DNA from: a virus
Taxonomy: Duplodnaviria > Caudoviricetes
IMG/VR virus record: IMGVR_UViG_3300033145_001455
Location: 1 to 52,581 of that record
DNA: 52,581 nucleotides
Reading direction: 5' to 3' (one strand)
Part shown: in pieces, positions 37,481 through 45,385 of the stretch
Layout: every line of letters starts with the position of its first letter
How positions within the stretch are numbered: the first letter of the stretch is position 1
Notes under the pieces: model-generated
What the model saw: the letters and a program-made list of their open reading frames with translations, nothing else
The model's database searches: none
What the model was told of the DNA's origin: nothing
Position numbers and translations under genes: made by a program

Positions 37481-37753
37481 ATGATTTATATATATGACAC
37501 AAATGGATACAAAGGTGATTTCGGATCGAGAAGAACAGTTGATAATTATGATAAAATAGCAAATGATCTTGATTTAAATATTGTATTTAATTTTTTTAGG
37601 GATGGGTTTGCTATAGATGTTCCTAAATTTATAGAAGAGTTTGGCAGTATTGATTTTTCTGGATTTGGTGAGGTTGAAGATTTAGGGAAAGAATTGCTTA
37701 ACACTTTTAAAGATTGCAAAGGAATAATAATATTGAGTGAAGGAGCGGAGTAA
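37481..37753 (+). CDS. Small acidic hypothetical protein (candidate immunity protein)
   Basis: Abuts upstream stop; acidic; MIYIYDTNGYKGD. Confidence 0.65.
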   Translation: MIYIYDTNGYKGDFGSRRTVDNYDKIANDLDLNIVFNFFRDGFAIDVPKFIEEFGSIDFSGFGEVEDLGKELLNTFKDCKGIIILSEGAE

Positions 37754-37771
37754 GCTAATAACTATGAATAA

Positions 37772-37915
37772 AAGAGAAAAGGTATAAATGAAAACCCAAT
37801 TGAGTCGGCGGATATTGATATGTGTATTACTTTATGTAAAGAGTGTCATAAGGGAGCGTATAAAGAAGTAGGTTGTAGGTATGTAGATTTAACAAAGTAT
37901 GCTTTATGTGCATAA
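37772..37915 (+). pseudogene. C-terminal remnant of an HNH endonuclease related to 13774..14757
   Basis: Reads ENPIESADIDMCITLCKECHKGAYKEVGCRYVDL versus QNPIESADVDMCITLCKECHKEAHGELGCRYVDL; in-frame TAA just upstream, N-terminal part absent. Confidence 0.85.
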
Positions 37916-37961
37916 ATACTGAATTAAAAAACTTTGAAACACTACTTTTGTTTTTTATATA
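37916..37961 (+). promoter_or_regulatory. Candidate late promoter upstream of prohead protease/capsid operon
   Basis: ATACTGAATTAAAAAACTTTGAAACACTACTTTTGTTTTTTATATA matches 27510-27557. Confidence 0.65.
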
Positions 37962-37993
37962 TAAAGAGATAAACAATTACAAGGGGAGAAGCA

Positions 37994-39397
37994 ATGGTAA
38001 AAAAAATCAAATCACTACACTTAGTAAAAGAAAAAGATTTGAAAGAAGAGTTTGACAACTTTTTTGAATCAACTGAAAATGTAGACCCAGATAATTTTAT
38101 TATAAAAAATGTTTGTTTGATGGGGAGAAAGGAAAGCTTAAATAACAGGGTATATTCAGATAAGGCAATGGATTCTCTTGTTACTTTTTCAGAAGGCACA
38201 AGATGTTTTATTAATCACATTTCAAAAGATGAAGCAAAAGCAAGAGGTGGTGTTAGGGATTTAAGAGATTGGTGTGGAGTATTTGAGAATGCAAGTAGAA
38301 AAGGGGATGCTGTATTTGCAAACTTAAAGGTAAGGGAAGAGTATTTTGATTTGTTTAAAGACTTGGCAACAATGAAACCAAATGGTATCGGACATAGCAT
38401 TGATGCAAGAGTAAAAGTTGCGCATGATAGCGCTACAGGGATGGAGAGTATTGTTGATATTGCTCGTTTAAATAGTTGCGATATTGTAGCTTCGCCAGCT
38501 ATGACAAATAATTTATGGGAAAGTATTGATGATACAATTAATAAAAACCTTAAAGACCTTCCAGAAGTATTAGTTTCAGAAGAGTATATTGAATTAAAAA
38601 TTGAAAAAATATTTAGTGAAGCAATTACTTCAGAAGGATTAATTCAAAACGAATTAAGTAAAGAAAAAATTAGGGGTGAAATCAATGACATTACTTATAC
38701 CGCTAATGATATGATAAGGGGCGTTTTATATAATGGCGAAATGGCTATTAAAGACAAAAAAAGTAAGATTAACAACATCTTTGATGATCTTGGAAAAGAA
38801 GTAGCAAAAAGACTCAAGGGTATAAAAGAAACGATGGAGGCAGACAACATGGAATTTACTTTAGAAGATGTAAAACAGAACAAAGAAATTATGGAAGCAT
38901 TAATGAAAGACATGACTGAGAAAGAAAATGTAAAGAAAACCGAAACTGATCTAAAAGAAGCGATTGAATATTGTACTGCTGTTATAGATGAATTAACTTC
39001 TATAAGTGAAGCGGTAGTAATCGCTAATGATTCTGTATCTTATGTAACTGATGCATGTAAAGAAGCAGAGAAAGAAAGAGATGAGTATAAAGTAAAGGTT
39101 GATGATTATGAAGTAACACAGAATGTCAAAGACAAGAAGACTTATATTGAAGCAATGGTCGAGGAAGCAAAACTTCCTACTGAAGCAAAAACAGAAGTGT
39201 TTATGGATACTCTTATGAAGGAGAATGAAGTAGAACCTATCCAGAAGCTTATTGCTGATCGAAAAGATCTTTTAGTTTCTGATGGCAAAGTAAAAGGTAA
39301 CGGTAGTGAGTTTATTCTTAAAGAGAAAAAGAAAGTAATCGAAAGTCAAGAAGATCTTGAAAAAGCCGGAGATGAGTTTTTAAGTCAATATAAATAA
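37994..39397 (+). CDS. Prohead maturation protease fused to coiled-coil scaffold
   Basis: SLNNRVYS, CFINH, GIGHSIDA, DIVASPA protease motifs; acidic helical C-half; position before capsid genes. Confidence 0.82.
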   Translation: MVKKIKSLHLVKEKDLKEEFDNFFESTENVDPDNFIIKNVCLMGRKESLNNRVYSDKAMDSLVTFSEGTRCFINHISKDEAKARGGVRDLRDWCGVFENASRKGDAVFANLKVREEYFDLFKDLATMKPNGIGHSIDARVKVAHDSATGMESIVDIARLNSCDIVASPAMTNNLWESIDDTINKNLKDLPEVLVSEEYIELKIEKIFSEAITSEGLIQNELSKEKIRGEINDITYTANDMIRGVLYNGEMAIKDKKSKINNIFDDLGKEVAKRLKGIKETMEADNMEFTLEDVKQNKEIMEALMKDMTEKENVKKTETDLKEAIEYCTAVIDELTSISEAVVIANDSVSYVTDACKEAEKERDEYKVKVDDYEVTQNVKDKKTYIEAMVEEAKLPTEAKTEVFMDTLMKENEVEPIQKLIADRKDLLVSDGKVKGNGSEFILKEKKKVIESQEDLEKAGDEFLSQYK

Positions 39398-39420
39398 TAA
39401 AAAAGGATGGGATAAAATAA

Positions 39421-39939
39421 ATGGCTGCACATAATAGACACATTAGAGAAGTAAAGAATCAAGTTTTAGCACCAGTAAAAGGCGGAACGGTAATTGAAGC
39501 TGGTGATTTAGTATTTAGGAACGCTCTTGGCAGTATGACAATAGCTGCTGACAATTATACTTACCCTTTTAACGATGCGGTAAATTCTGCTTCTGAAACT
39601 ACTGAATTGTTATATAGTGTTCATGTTAATTTCCTTGGTGTTGCAATGGAGAGTTCACCTTCTGGCACTACGGAGAATATTTCTATAGCTACTGCTGGCA
39701 AGATGAGATTCCCGCTATATAGGATTGGTGGTGTAACTATTGGTCAAAAGGTAAGTGCTGTATCTACTTTCGCTTCTGCTGCAGTTGCAGGAGTTTCTAA
39801 AGATACAGTTATTCAGTTAGCGACTACTCCGGGGACAACTGCGTACTTAGGTTATGTTTCTAAAACTGAATCCGGCGCAAGTTTTGTTGATTTTCAAATC
39901 AGAACTGCTTTTGGTTCTGGGACATTGATTACTACATAA
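39421..39939 (+). CDS. Capsid cement/head decoration protein, paralog 1
   Basis: VIEAGDLV, FLGVAME, ISIATAG, IGQKV, LGYV pattern; between protease and capsid. Confidence 0.72.
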   Translation: MAAHNRHIREVKNQVLAPVKGGTVIEAGDLVFRNALGSMTIAADNYTYPFNDAVNSASETTELLYSVHVNFLGVAMESSPSGTTENISIATAGKMRFPLYRIGGVTIGQKVSAVSTFASAAVAGVSKDTVIQLATTPGTTAYLGYVSKTESGASFVDFQIRTAFGSGTLITT

Positions 39940-39967
39940 AAAATAATTGAAAGGAGAGATAAAATAA

Positions 39968-40486
39968 ATGGCTGCACATAATAGGCACATTAGAGGGGAA
40001 AGAGAAGAAGTTTTAGCATCTATAAAGGGTAGTACAGTAGTAGAAGCTGGTGATTTAATGTTTTTAAATAATTCAGATGGGGTAGTAGGGGCAAGTTCAT
40101 CTGCTGATAATTATGCATATCCGTTTAGTTCTGCTGCAAATAGTGCTTCTGTTGCAACTGGAATTATAGAAGCGTTATATACTCAATTTCTTGGTGTTGC
40201 GATGGAGAGTTCACCTTCTGGTACTACGGAGAATATTTCTATAGCAACAGATGGTGTATTTAAATATCCGCTATATAGGATTGGTGCTGTAACTATTGGG
40301 GCAACAGTTTCTTCAGTTTCAGTTCTTACTTCTGGAACTGGTGTTTCTGATCAGGTTGTATTTCAATCTACTACTGCTCCGGGTAGTACTGCTTTATTGG
40401 GTTATATTGTTAAAACTGAGTCAGGTGCGAGTTTTGTTGATTTTCAAATCAGAACTGCTTTTGGTTCTAGTGGATTGGCTACATAA
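39968..40486 (+). CDS. Capsid cement/head decoration protein, paralog 2
   Basis: Identical blocks with paralog 1 (MAAHNRHIR, FLGVAMESSPSGTTENISIAT, KTESGASFVDFQIRTAFGS). Confidence 0.72.
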   Translation: MAAHNRHIRGEREEVLASIKGSTVVEAGDLMFLNNSDGVVGASSSADNYAYPFSSAANSASVATGIIEALYTQFLGVAMESSPSGTTENISIATDGVFKYPLYRIGAVTIGATVSSVSVLTSGTGVSDQVVFQSTTAPGSTALLGYIVKTESGASFVDFQIRTAFGSSGLAT

Positions 40487-40498
40487 GGAGTAAAGTAA

Positions 40499-41008
40499 TT
40501 GGCTAATGTAAACAGATATATAGGCGGTAAAAGAGATTCACTTTTGATTACTGTCAATGCATCTGTAACTGTTCAAATAGGGGATCTAATGTTTTTGGAT
40601 AAGATAGATAATCTTAGGAATAATGGTAGTAGTACTGCTGATAGCACTGCTTATCCAATTGAGCATTTAAGGATTTCTGGAGCATCATTAGAAGCGAATA
40701 AGGTAGCGTTAAAATCTTATTTTCTTGGGGTAGCAATGGATGATAAAGATGGGATAAGTAATGGAGCTGATTTGAATATCCCAATAGCTACTTCAGGAAT
40801 ATTTGAGTATGATTTAAAGCCGGGAAGAACAGTTGAAATAGGAGAGTACTTTGCTGCATCTGGTACAACTGTTTCTTCAAATATGTTTAATCAGAAAGTA
40901 ATGAAAACTTCTGATGAAACAAAAGCGATAGGATATTTTTCAGAAAGAAAGTTACATGCCAATACTGCTGAAGGATTTATTCGGACATCTATTGGTAATA
41001 AAATTTGA
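40499..41008 (+). CDS. Capsid cement/head decoration protein, divergent paralog 3
   Basis: TTG start after AAGGAG; IGDLMFL, FLGVAMD, IPIATSG, AIGY. Confidence 0.7.
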   Translation: MANVNRYIGGKRDSLLITVNASVTVQIGDLMFLDKIDNLRNNGSSTADSTAYPIEHLRISGASLEANKVALKSYFLGVAMDDKDGISNGADLNIPIATSGIFEYDLKPGRTVEIGEYFAASGTTVSSNMFNQKVMKTSDETKAIGYFSERKLHANTAEGFIRTSIGNKI

Positions 41009-41025
41009 TAAGGAGGAAGTAAAAT

Positions 41026-42099
41026 ATGTTTAATAAAAGTGGAATGGCATTAAAAGATTTGATGGAAGCACAGGGCGAGGCTGGGACAGTAGCGGTAATT
41101 GAGGATTTACTTGAAAAGAAAAAACTGACCCCAGAAGATTTTTCTATTCGTGAAATTTGGGAGGCATGTTGTGAAGAAGGAGATATTCATGAAGCTATTA
41201 CTGCTGCATCTTTCCCTAAGCTTACTGGTGCTTTAATTAATAGTAAGATGATTATGGCGTATGAGGCATTCCCTAAAGTTGGTAAAAGTCTAGTGCAGAC
41301 TATTAAAAGTACTGTGCAGAAAGATACTTTTGCTGGAGTAACTGCCAATAGTGATGTGGCGGATGAAGTAGGGGAAGGGATGAAATATAATGATTCCAGT
41401 TTTACCGAGAAGTATGTCAACATTGATAATGTAAAATTTGGTAAAAAGATTGCTCTTACTGAAGAAGCAATTTTCTTTGATAAAACTGGTGCTCTTTTAC
41501 GAGAGGCAAATAAAACTGGAGAAGGTGTTGCTGTTTATGAAGAAAGAAAAATTTTAAGAACAGTAATGGATTTAGATACTTTAGCATATCAACCTTCTGG
41601 TGTTCCTACTGCTTTTTATGCGGCTGGGAATAACAACTTGATTACTGCTAATGCTTTTAATGAGGCTGGTTTAGAAGCAGTAATGGTAAAGGCCCAAACG
41701 ATTAAGGATGATGCGCTTGGAACGGGTGATGGCAATTTTATTAATATTGATTTGAATAATGCTACTTTACTTATTCCAATTCAGCTTCAGTTGGAAGCAT
41801 GGCAGATGACGAATAGTGCGTTAGTTCCTGAGTCTGCTGAAAATGCCAAAAACTTTTTCCAGAATAAATTAAAAATTGTTACTTCACCTTATGTTACCAA
41901 TGACAGTGCTACTACTTGGTACTGGGGGAATTTTGAAAAAGACTTTGTATGGACAGAAGTATGGCCGATGCAAGTTCTTTCTGCTCCTGCTTCTCATGAT
42001 TCGTCTTTTGATAATGATATAAAAGCGATCTTTAAAGCAAGAGCTTATGGCGGTTGTGGCGCACTTGATTATAAGCATAGTTTTAAATGCACGAGCTAA
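41026..42099 (+). CDS. Major capsid protein (Mu gpT-like, HK97 fold)
   Basis: 357 aa, strong RBS; VGEGMKY, KFGKKIALTEEAIFFDKTG, VTSPYV, TWYWG; followed by terminator. Confidence 0.85.
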   Translation: MFNKSGMALKDLMEAQGEAGTVAVIEDLLEKKKLTPEDFSIREIWEACCEEGDIHEAITAASFPKLTGALINSKMIMAYEAFPKVGKSLVQTIKSTVQKDTFAGVTANSDVADEVGEGMKYNDSSFTEKYVNIDNVKFGKKIALTEEAIFFDKTGALLREANKTGEGVAVYEERKILRTVMDLDTLAYQPSGVPTAFYAAGNNNLITANAFNEAGLEAVMVKAQTIKDDALGTGDGNFINIDLNNATLLIPIQLQLEAWQMTNSALVPESAENAKNFFQNKLKIVTSPYVTNDSATTWYWGNFEKDFVWTEVWPMQVLSAPASHDSSFDNDIKAIFKARAYGGCGALDYKHSFKCTS

Positions 42100-42103
42100 T
42101 TAA

Positions 42104-42148
42104 ATTAGAGGTAGTAGTTTATGCTTTACTACTACTTCTAATATTTTA
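42104..42148 (+). terminator. Rho-independent terminator-like hairpin after major capsid gene
   Basis: ATTAGAGGTAGTAGT (42104-18) pairs with ACTACTACTTCTAAT (42128-42) with one G-U pair; ATTTT follows. Confidence 0.75.
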
Positions 42149-42207
42149 ATAAAAGCAATTGCGAATGCTATAGTTTCGCTCGCAAAAAATAAAGGAGGAA
42201 CTACATT

Positions 42208-42534
42208 ATGGCAAGAGGTTCAAGGTTTCCGAGTGGAGTTAGTCTTTCTGGAGGTTATCCAGTAGGTTTTACTTCTCAAAATTATAAGATTAGTGGTGGT
42301 ACTGTTGCATGGGCTGGATCAGCACTTAGTATTACACATGGGATGACAACTTTACATAATATTTCAGTAACTCGTTATATGGCGAGTGCTGTTTCTGTTG
42401 GGGAAGTAGTTATTACTGAGCCAAGTGTTGTTTCTGGTAAGGTTTCTGCTACATTAAATTTTTTAACTGCGGCTGGGGCTGTTTCTGTTGCTACTTCTGG
42501 TGGGACACTTTACTGGTTGGCATTTGGTGTTTAA
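42208..42534 (+). CDS. Small Ser/Thr-rich beta protein (head fibre/decoration-like), paralog 1
   Basis: RBS AGGAGG; ITHGM...GTLYWLAFGV. Confidence 0.65.
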   Translation: MARGSRFPSGVSLSGGYPVGFTSQNYKISGGTVAWAGSALSITHGMTTLHNISVTRYMASAVSVGEVVITEPSVVSGKVSATLNFLTAAGAVSVATSGGTLYWLAFGV

Positions 42535-42591
42535 TTTTTAATGCTGATGGCTAAAGTTCCCCCATTATAAAATAAAAGGAGGGGTTTAATT

Positions 42592-42918
42592 ATGGCAAGA
42601 GGGACAAGATACCCAAGCGGAGTTAGTCTTTCTGGAGGTTATCCAGTCGGTTATACTGCCGAAAATTATAAACTTAGTGGCGGTACTGCTGCATGGGCTG
42701 GGACTACTCTTGGGATTACACATGGGATGAAAACTTTATTAGGATTTGCAGCAGGGCGATATATGGCAAGTGCTGTTTCTACAATTGAAGTAGTTATTTC
42801 AACACCAAATATTACTACTAATGGGGTTTCATTGACTTTCCAAGCTATGACTGATGCAAATGGAGCTACAATGGCTATATCTGGTGGAACTGTTTATTGG
42901 ACGGCGTTTGGCGTTTAA
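42592..42918 (+). CDS. Small Ser/Thr-rich beta protein, paralog 2
   Basis: Same length (108 aa); shares PSGVSLSGGYPVG, AWAG, ITHGM, RYMASAVS, SGGT.YW.AFGV. Confidence 0.65.
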   Translation: MARGTRYPSGVSLSGGYPVGYTAENYKLSGGTAAWAGTTLGITHGMKTLLGFAAGRYMASAVSTIEVVISTPNITTNGVSLTFQAMTDANGATMAISGGTVYWTAFGV

Positions 42919-42923
42919 TTTTT

Positions 42924-42984
42924 AATTTGGGGAGGTAGTAGGTAGTTGTTTCTCTTTCTTCTGAACTACTACCCTCCAATTTTT
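42924..42984 (+). terminator. Terminator-like hairpin
   Basis: TTGGGGAGGTAGTAG ... CTACTACCCTCCAA imperfect inverted repeat followed by a T run. Confidence 0.55.
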
Positions 42985-43010
42985 AAACAAGAAAGAAGGA
43001 GAACTACATA

Positions 43011-43424
43011 ATGTTCATCAAGAAGTTTTCAGGCTCAACATCTTTTATTTCAGGTGCTTCAAATACTGTTTACGCTTATTCAGATCCAATAGCATTAACA
43101 GAAAAAAAATATGACGGTAAAGAACTTGCTTTAAAAATAGATATTACAAGTACTTCTTCTGGCAGTCTTGATGTTATTGGGGCTATATCTGAAAAGAGTG
43201 AGGGCACATATACTACATTCATTACAAATGGCGGAACATCACAAATATTAACAAGTGGTACATCTGGTGGTGGTGGGTTAGCAAACGGGTCTTATTTCAT
43301 ACCGTTAATGATCGCTATTGCTGGTGGTGGTACATATCCATTAAGAGCTGTTCCATATTTTAAATTAGGAATAAAGGCAAGCTTGATAGATGCTGGTTTT
43401 AGCGCATACTTATGTGTTGGGTAA
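43011..43424 (+). CDS. Putative beta-rich structural protein
   Basis: RBS AAGGAG; Gly/Ser/Thr-rich; follows capsid genes. Confidence 0.6.
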   Translation: MFIKKFSGSTSFISGASNTVYAYSDPIALTEKKYDGKELALKIDITSTSSGSLDVIGAISEKSEGTYTTFITNGGTSQILTSGTSGGGGLANGSYFIPLMIAIAGGGTYPLRAVPYFKLGIKASLIDAGFSAYLCVG

Positions 43425-43436
43425 TAGGATATTATA

Positions 43437-43718
43437 ATGGATTATTCAATTTTTGATAAAACATTTTGGGATGCATGGATACAAAAATTATTAAGAAATA
43501 TAGCATCTATGAAGTACCAATGGCTTTTACTTCTTTATATTCCAGTAGTATATGGAATGTTTGAAGGTAAATGGATTAATAATAATTGGATTTCTATAAT
43601 TCCTATTGAAATAGGATTGGGGTTTTTATTTGGAAGTTTTCTTACAGTGTTCACTATGAGAATATATGCAAAAACAAAATTAACAGAAGAAAACGATATG
43701 TTGGATACAGATAAGTAA
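43437..43718 (+). CDS. Holin-like small membrane protein
   Basis: Two hydrophobic helices, charged C-terminus, near endolysin. Confidence 0.55.
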   Translation: MDYSIFDKTFWDAWIQKLLRNIASMKYQWLLLLYIPVVYGMFEGKWINNNWISIIPIEIGLGFLFGSFLTVFTMRIYAKTKLTEENDMLDTDK

Positions 43719-43868
43719 TGTCAATAGACTATGAAATATTAATAGTCTTACTTATTATTTTTGCAATATATTATGATAATCAAAGTTAAAATTAAATTAT
43801 AATGTTATATTTGACAACAAATATAGAGAATATTTTGATCTGGATTTTTAATGGAATGGAGGGGAAAG

Positions 43869-44264
43869 ATGGCAAGTGAATGCCCAATTGGAGATTGTAA
43901 AGATCATATTGAAGGGAAACTAAAAGAGAGCGAGAAAGAAATTAAAGAAGTAATTGATGATGTAGTAAATGTTAGATTATCTGTTGAAAAAAAAGTTGGC
44001 CGATGGGGTCTTATTACCACTACGATTGCAATTCTTTCAATTGTAGCAGGGTTTGTGATTTATGGGTTTAGTGCTTGGGGCGGAATGTATAAAGAAGTAA
44101 ATAAAAATACTACTTCTACTGAAGTAATAACAGCAAAGCTATCAATTATTGAAAGGCAACAGCAACTTATAATTAGTAATCAAATAAATCCTGAAAAGTT
44201 AGTTGAGCGTATAATTGATGGGTTAAAAGGAAATGCTGATGAGTACCCAAACTCCGGGTCATGA
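43869..44264 (+). CDS. Single-TM coiled-coil membrane protein (holin/antiholin-like)
   Basis: TM WGLITTTIAILSIVAGFVIYGFSAW; RBS GGAGGGG favours 43869 over 43851. Confidence 0.55.
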   Translation: MASECPIGDCKDHIEGKLKESEKEIKEVIDDVVNVRLSVEKKVGRWGLITTTIAILSIVAGFVIYGFSAWGGMYKEVNKNTTSTEVITAKLSIIERQQQLIISNQINPEKLVERIIDGLKGNADEYPNSGS

Positions 44265-44937
44265 AAAAAGTTTGCTTGAAAAAATTCAAGCGTTATTAGA
44301 AGATACAAAAATAAAAATGAAACGCAGGGAAATTAAAACTGGTGATATTCGTTTTTTTGATTCTTGTTTTATGGCATATGTTTTAAGAGTATATGGTGAA
44401 GATCACTCTATTACAAAAGATCTATATAGAAAATTAGATAATTATGATATTGATATTGGTAAAAGATTATTACTTGCTGAAAATTATTTAGATGGGTTGA
44501 ATCAAATAGGTAATCAAGTTTTTGTGGACAATATGAATCCGGTTGTTTTTATTGGGCATGGTAGCTCATATATTTGGAGAGAATTAAAAGATTTTTTAGA
44601 AGAGAGGCTTGGGCTTGGGTGGGAAGAATTTAATAGAGAATCTGCGGCAGGGAAAAGTATATCGGATAGAATTTTTGAAATGTTAAACTCAGTATGTTTT
44701 GCATTTATTGTATTATCTGTTGATGATCAAAAAAATGGGAAACAAAATATTGCTCATGAAATTGGTTTATTTCAAGGCAAGCTTGGATTTAATCGTGCAA
44801 TAGTTTTGGTTGAGAAAGGGTATGGTGTTTTTGATAACATTACTAATATAGTACAAATTTATTTTCAAAGGGGTAGTATTTCTTCATCTTTTGAGGAAGT
44901 GCGAAAAGTTTTAGAACGAGAAAAAATGATAAAATAA
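44233..44937 (+). CDS. TIR-domain protein (predicted nucleotide-binding TIR-like family, Cap12/PycTIR-type)
   Basis: VFIGHGSS..WRELKDFLEERLGL, EFNRESAAG, FAFIVLS, NIAHEIGLFQGKLGFNRAIVL. Confidence 0.87.
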   Translation: MLMSTQTPGHEKSLLEKIQALLEDTKIKMKRREIKTGDIRFFDSCFMAYVLRVYGEDHSITKDLYRKLDNYDIDIGKRLLLAENYLDGLNQIGNQVFVDNMNPVVFIGHGSSYIWRELKDFLEERLGLGWEEFNRESAAGKSISDRIFEMLNSVCFAFIVLSVDDQKNGKQNIAHEIGLFQGKLGFNRAIVLVEKGYGVFDNITNIVQIYFQRGSISSSFEEVRKVLEREKMIK

Positions 44938-44941
44938 ATAT

Positions 44942-45385
44942 ATGATTAATTGGAATAAATATAAATATTTTAAAGAAGAAGACTTTGCAGATCCATTGTC
45001 AAAAGGTTCTGGGAATATGATAGATGAGAGATTACTTTTCTTGTTAGACGAGTTAAGAATTAGATTTGGATGGCCAATGATATTCCATTCAATAGTAGGC
45101 GGGTGTGTAGATGTTAATGGAAGTCACGGGCATGCTAAAAAGAGTTACCATTTAACCTTGATGGGGGCGAAAGCGGTTGATTTTCACTTTCAGACAACTA
45201 AAGTTCATGCAAGAAAACAGTTTTTAGAAGTAATCAAAACAGGGTTTACAGGAATAGGAGTGTATTTTGATTGGTCATGGAATAACAATTTATTGCCAAT
45301 AGGATTTCATGTCGATTTACGATCTGAAAATAAAACACAAATATGGAAGAGAAGTAGTGGCAGGTATATATACTTATTAAAATGA
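44942..45385 (+). CDS. Endolysin, peptidase M15 family
   Basis: YFKEEDF, LDELR, SYH...AVDF, GFTGIGVY, FHVDLR. Confidence 0.85.
   Translation: MINWNKYKYFKEEDFADPLSKGSGNMIDERLLFLLDELRIRFGWPMIFHSIVGGCVDVNGSHGHAKKSYHLTLMGAKAVDFHFQTTKVHARKQFLEVIKTGFTGIGVYFDWSWNNNLLPIGFHVDLRSENKTQIWKRSSGRYIYLLK

Noticed and set aside
31505-40493. Alternative-frame + strand ORFs 31505..31690, 36909..37127 and 40296..40493
   Set aside because: Nested in better-supported genes with no convincing RBS or motifs
39421-42918. Paralogous gene pairs as template/variable repeats of a diversity-generating retroelement
   Set aside because: Both copies are full ORFs with RBS, differences are not adenine-specific, and no reverse transcriptase is in the window
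43811-43840. Perfect TTGACA as a sigma70 promoter for the TIR region
   Set aside because: No good -10 hexamer at 16-18 bp spacing
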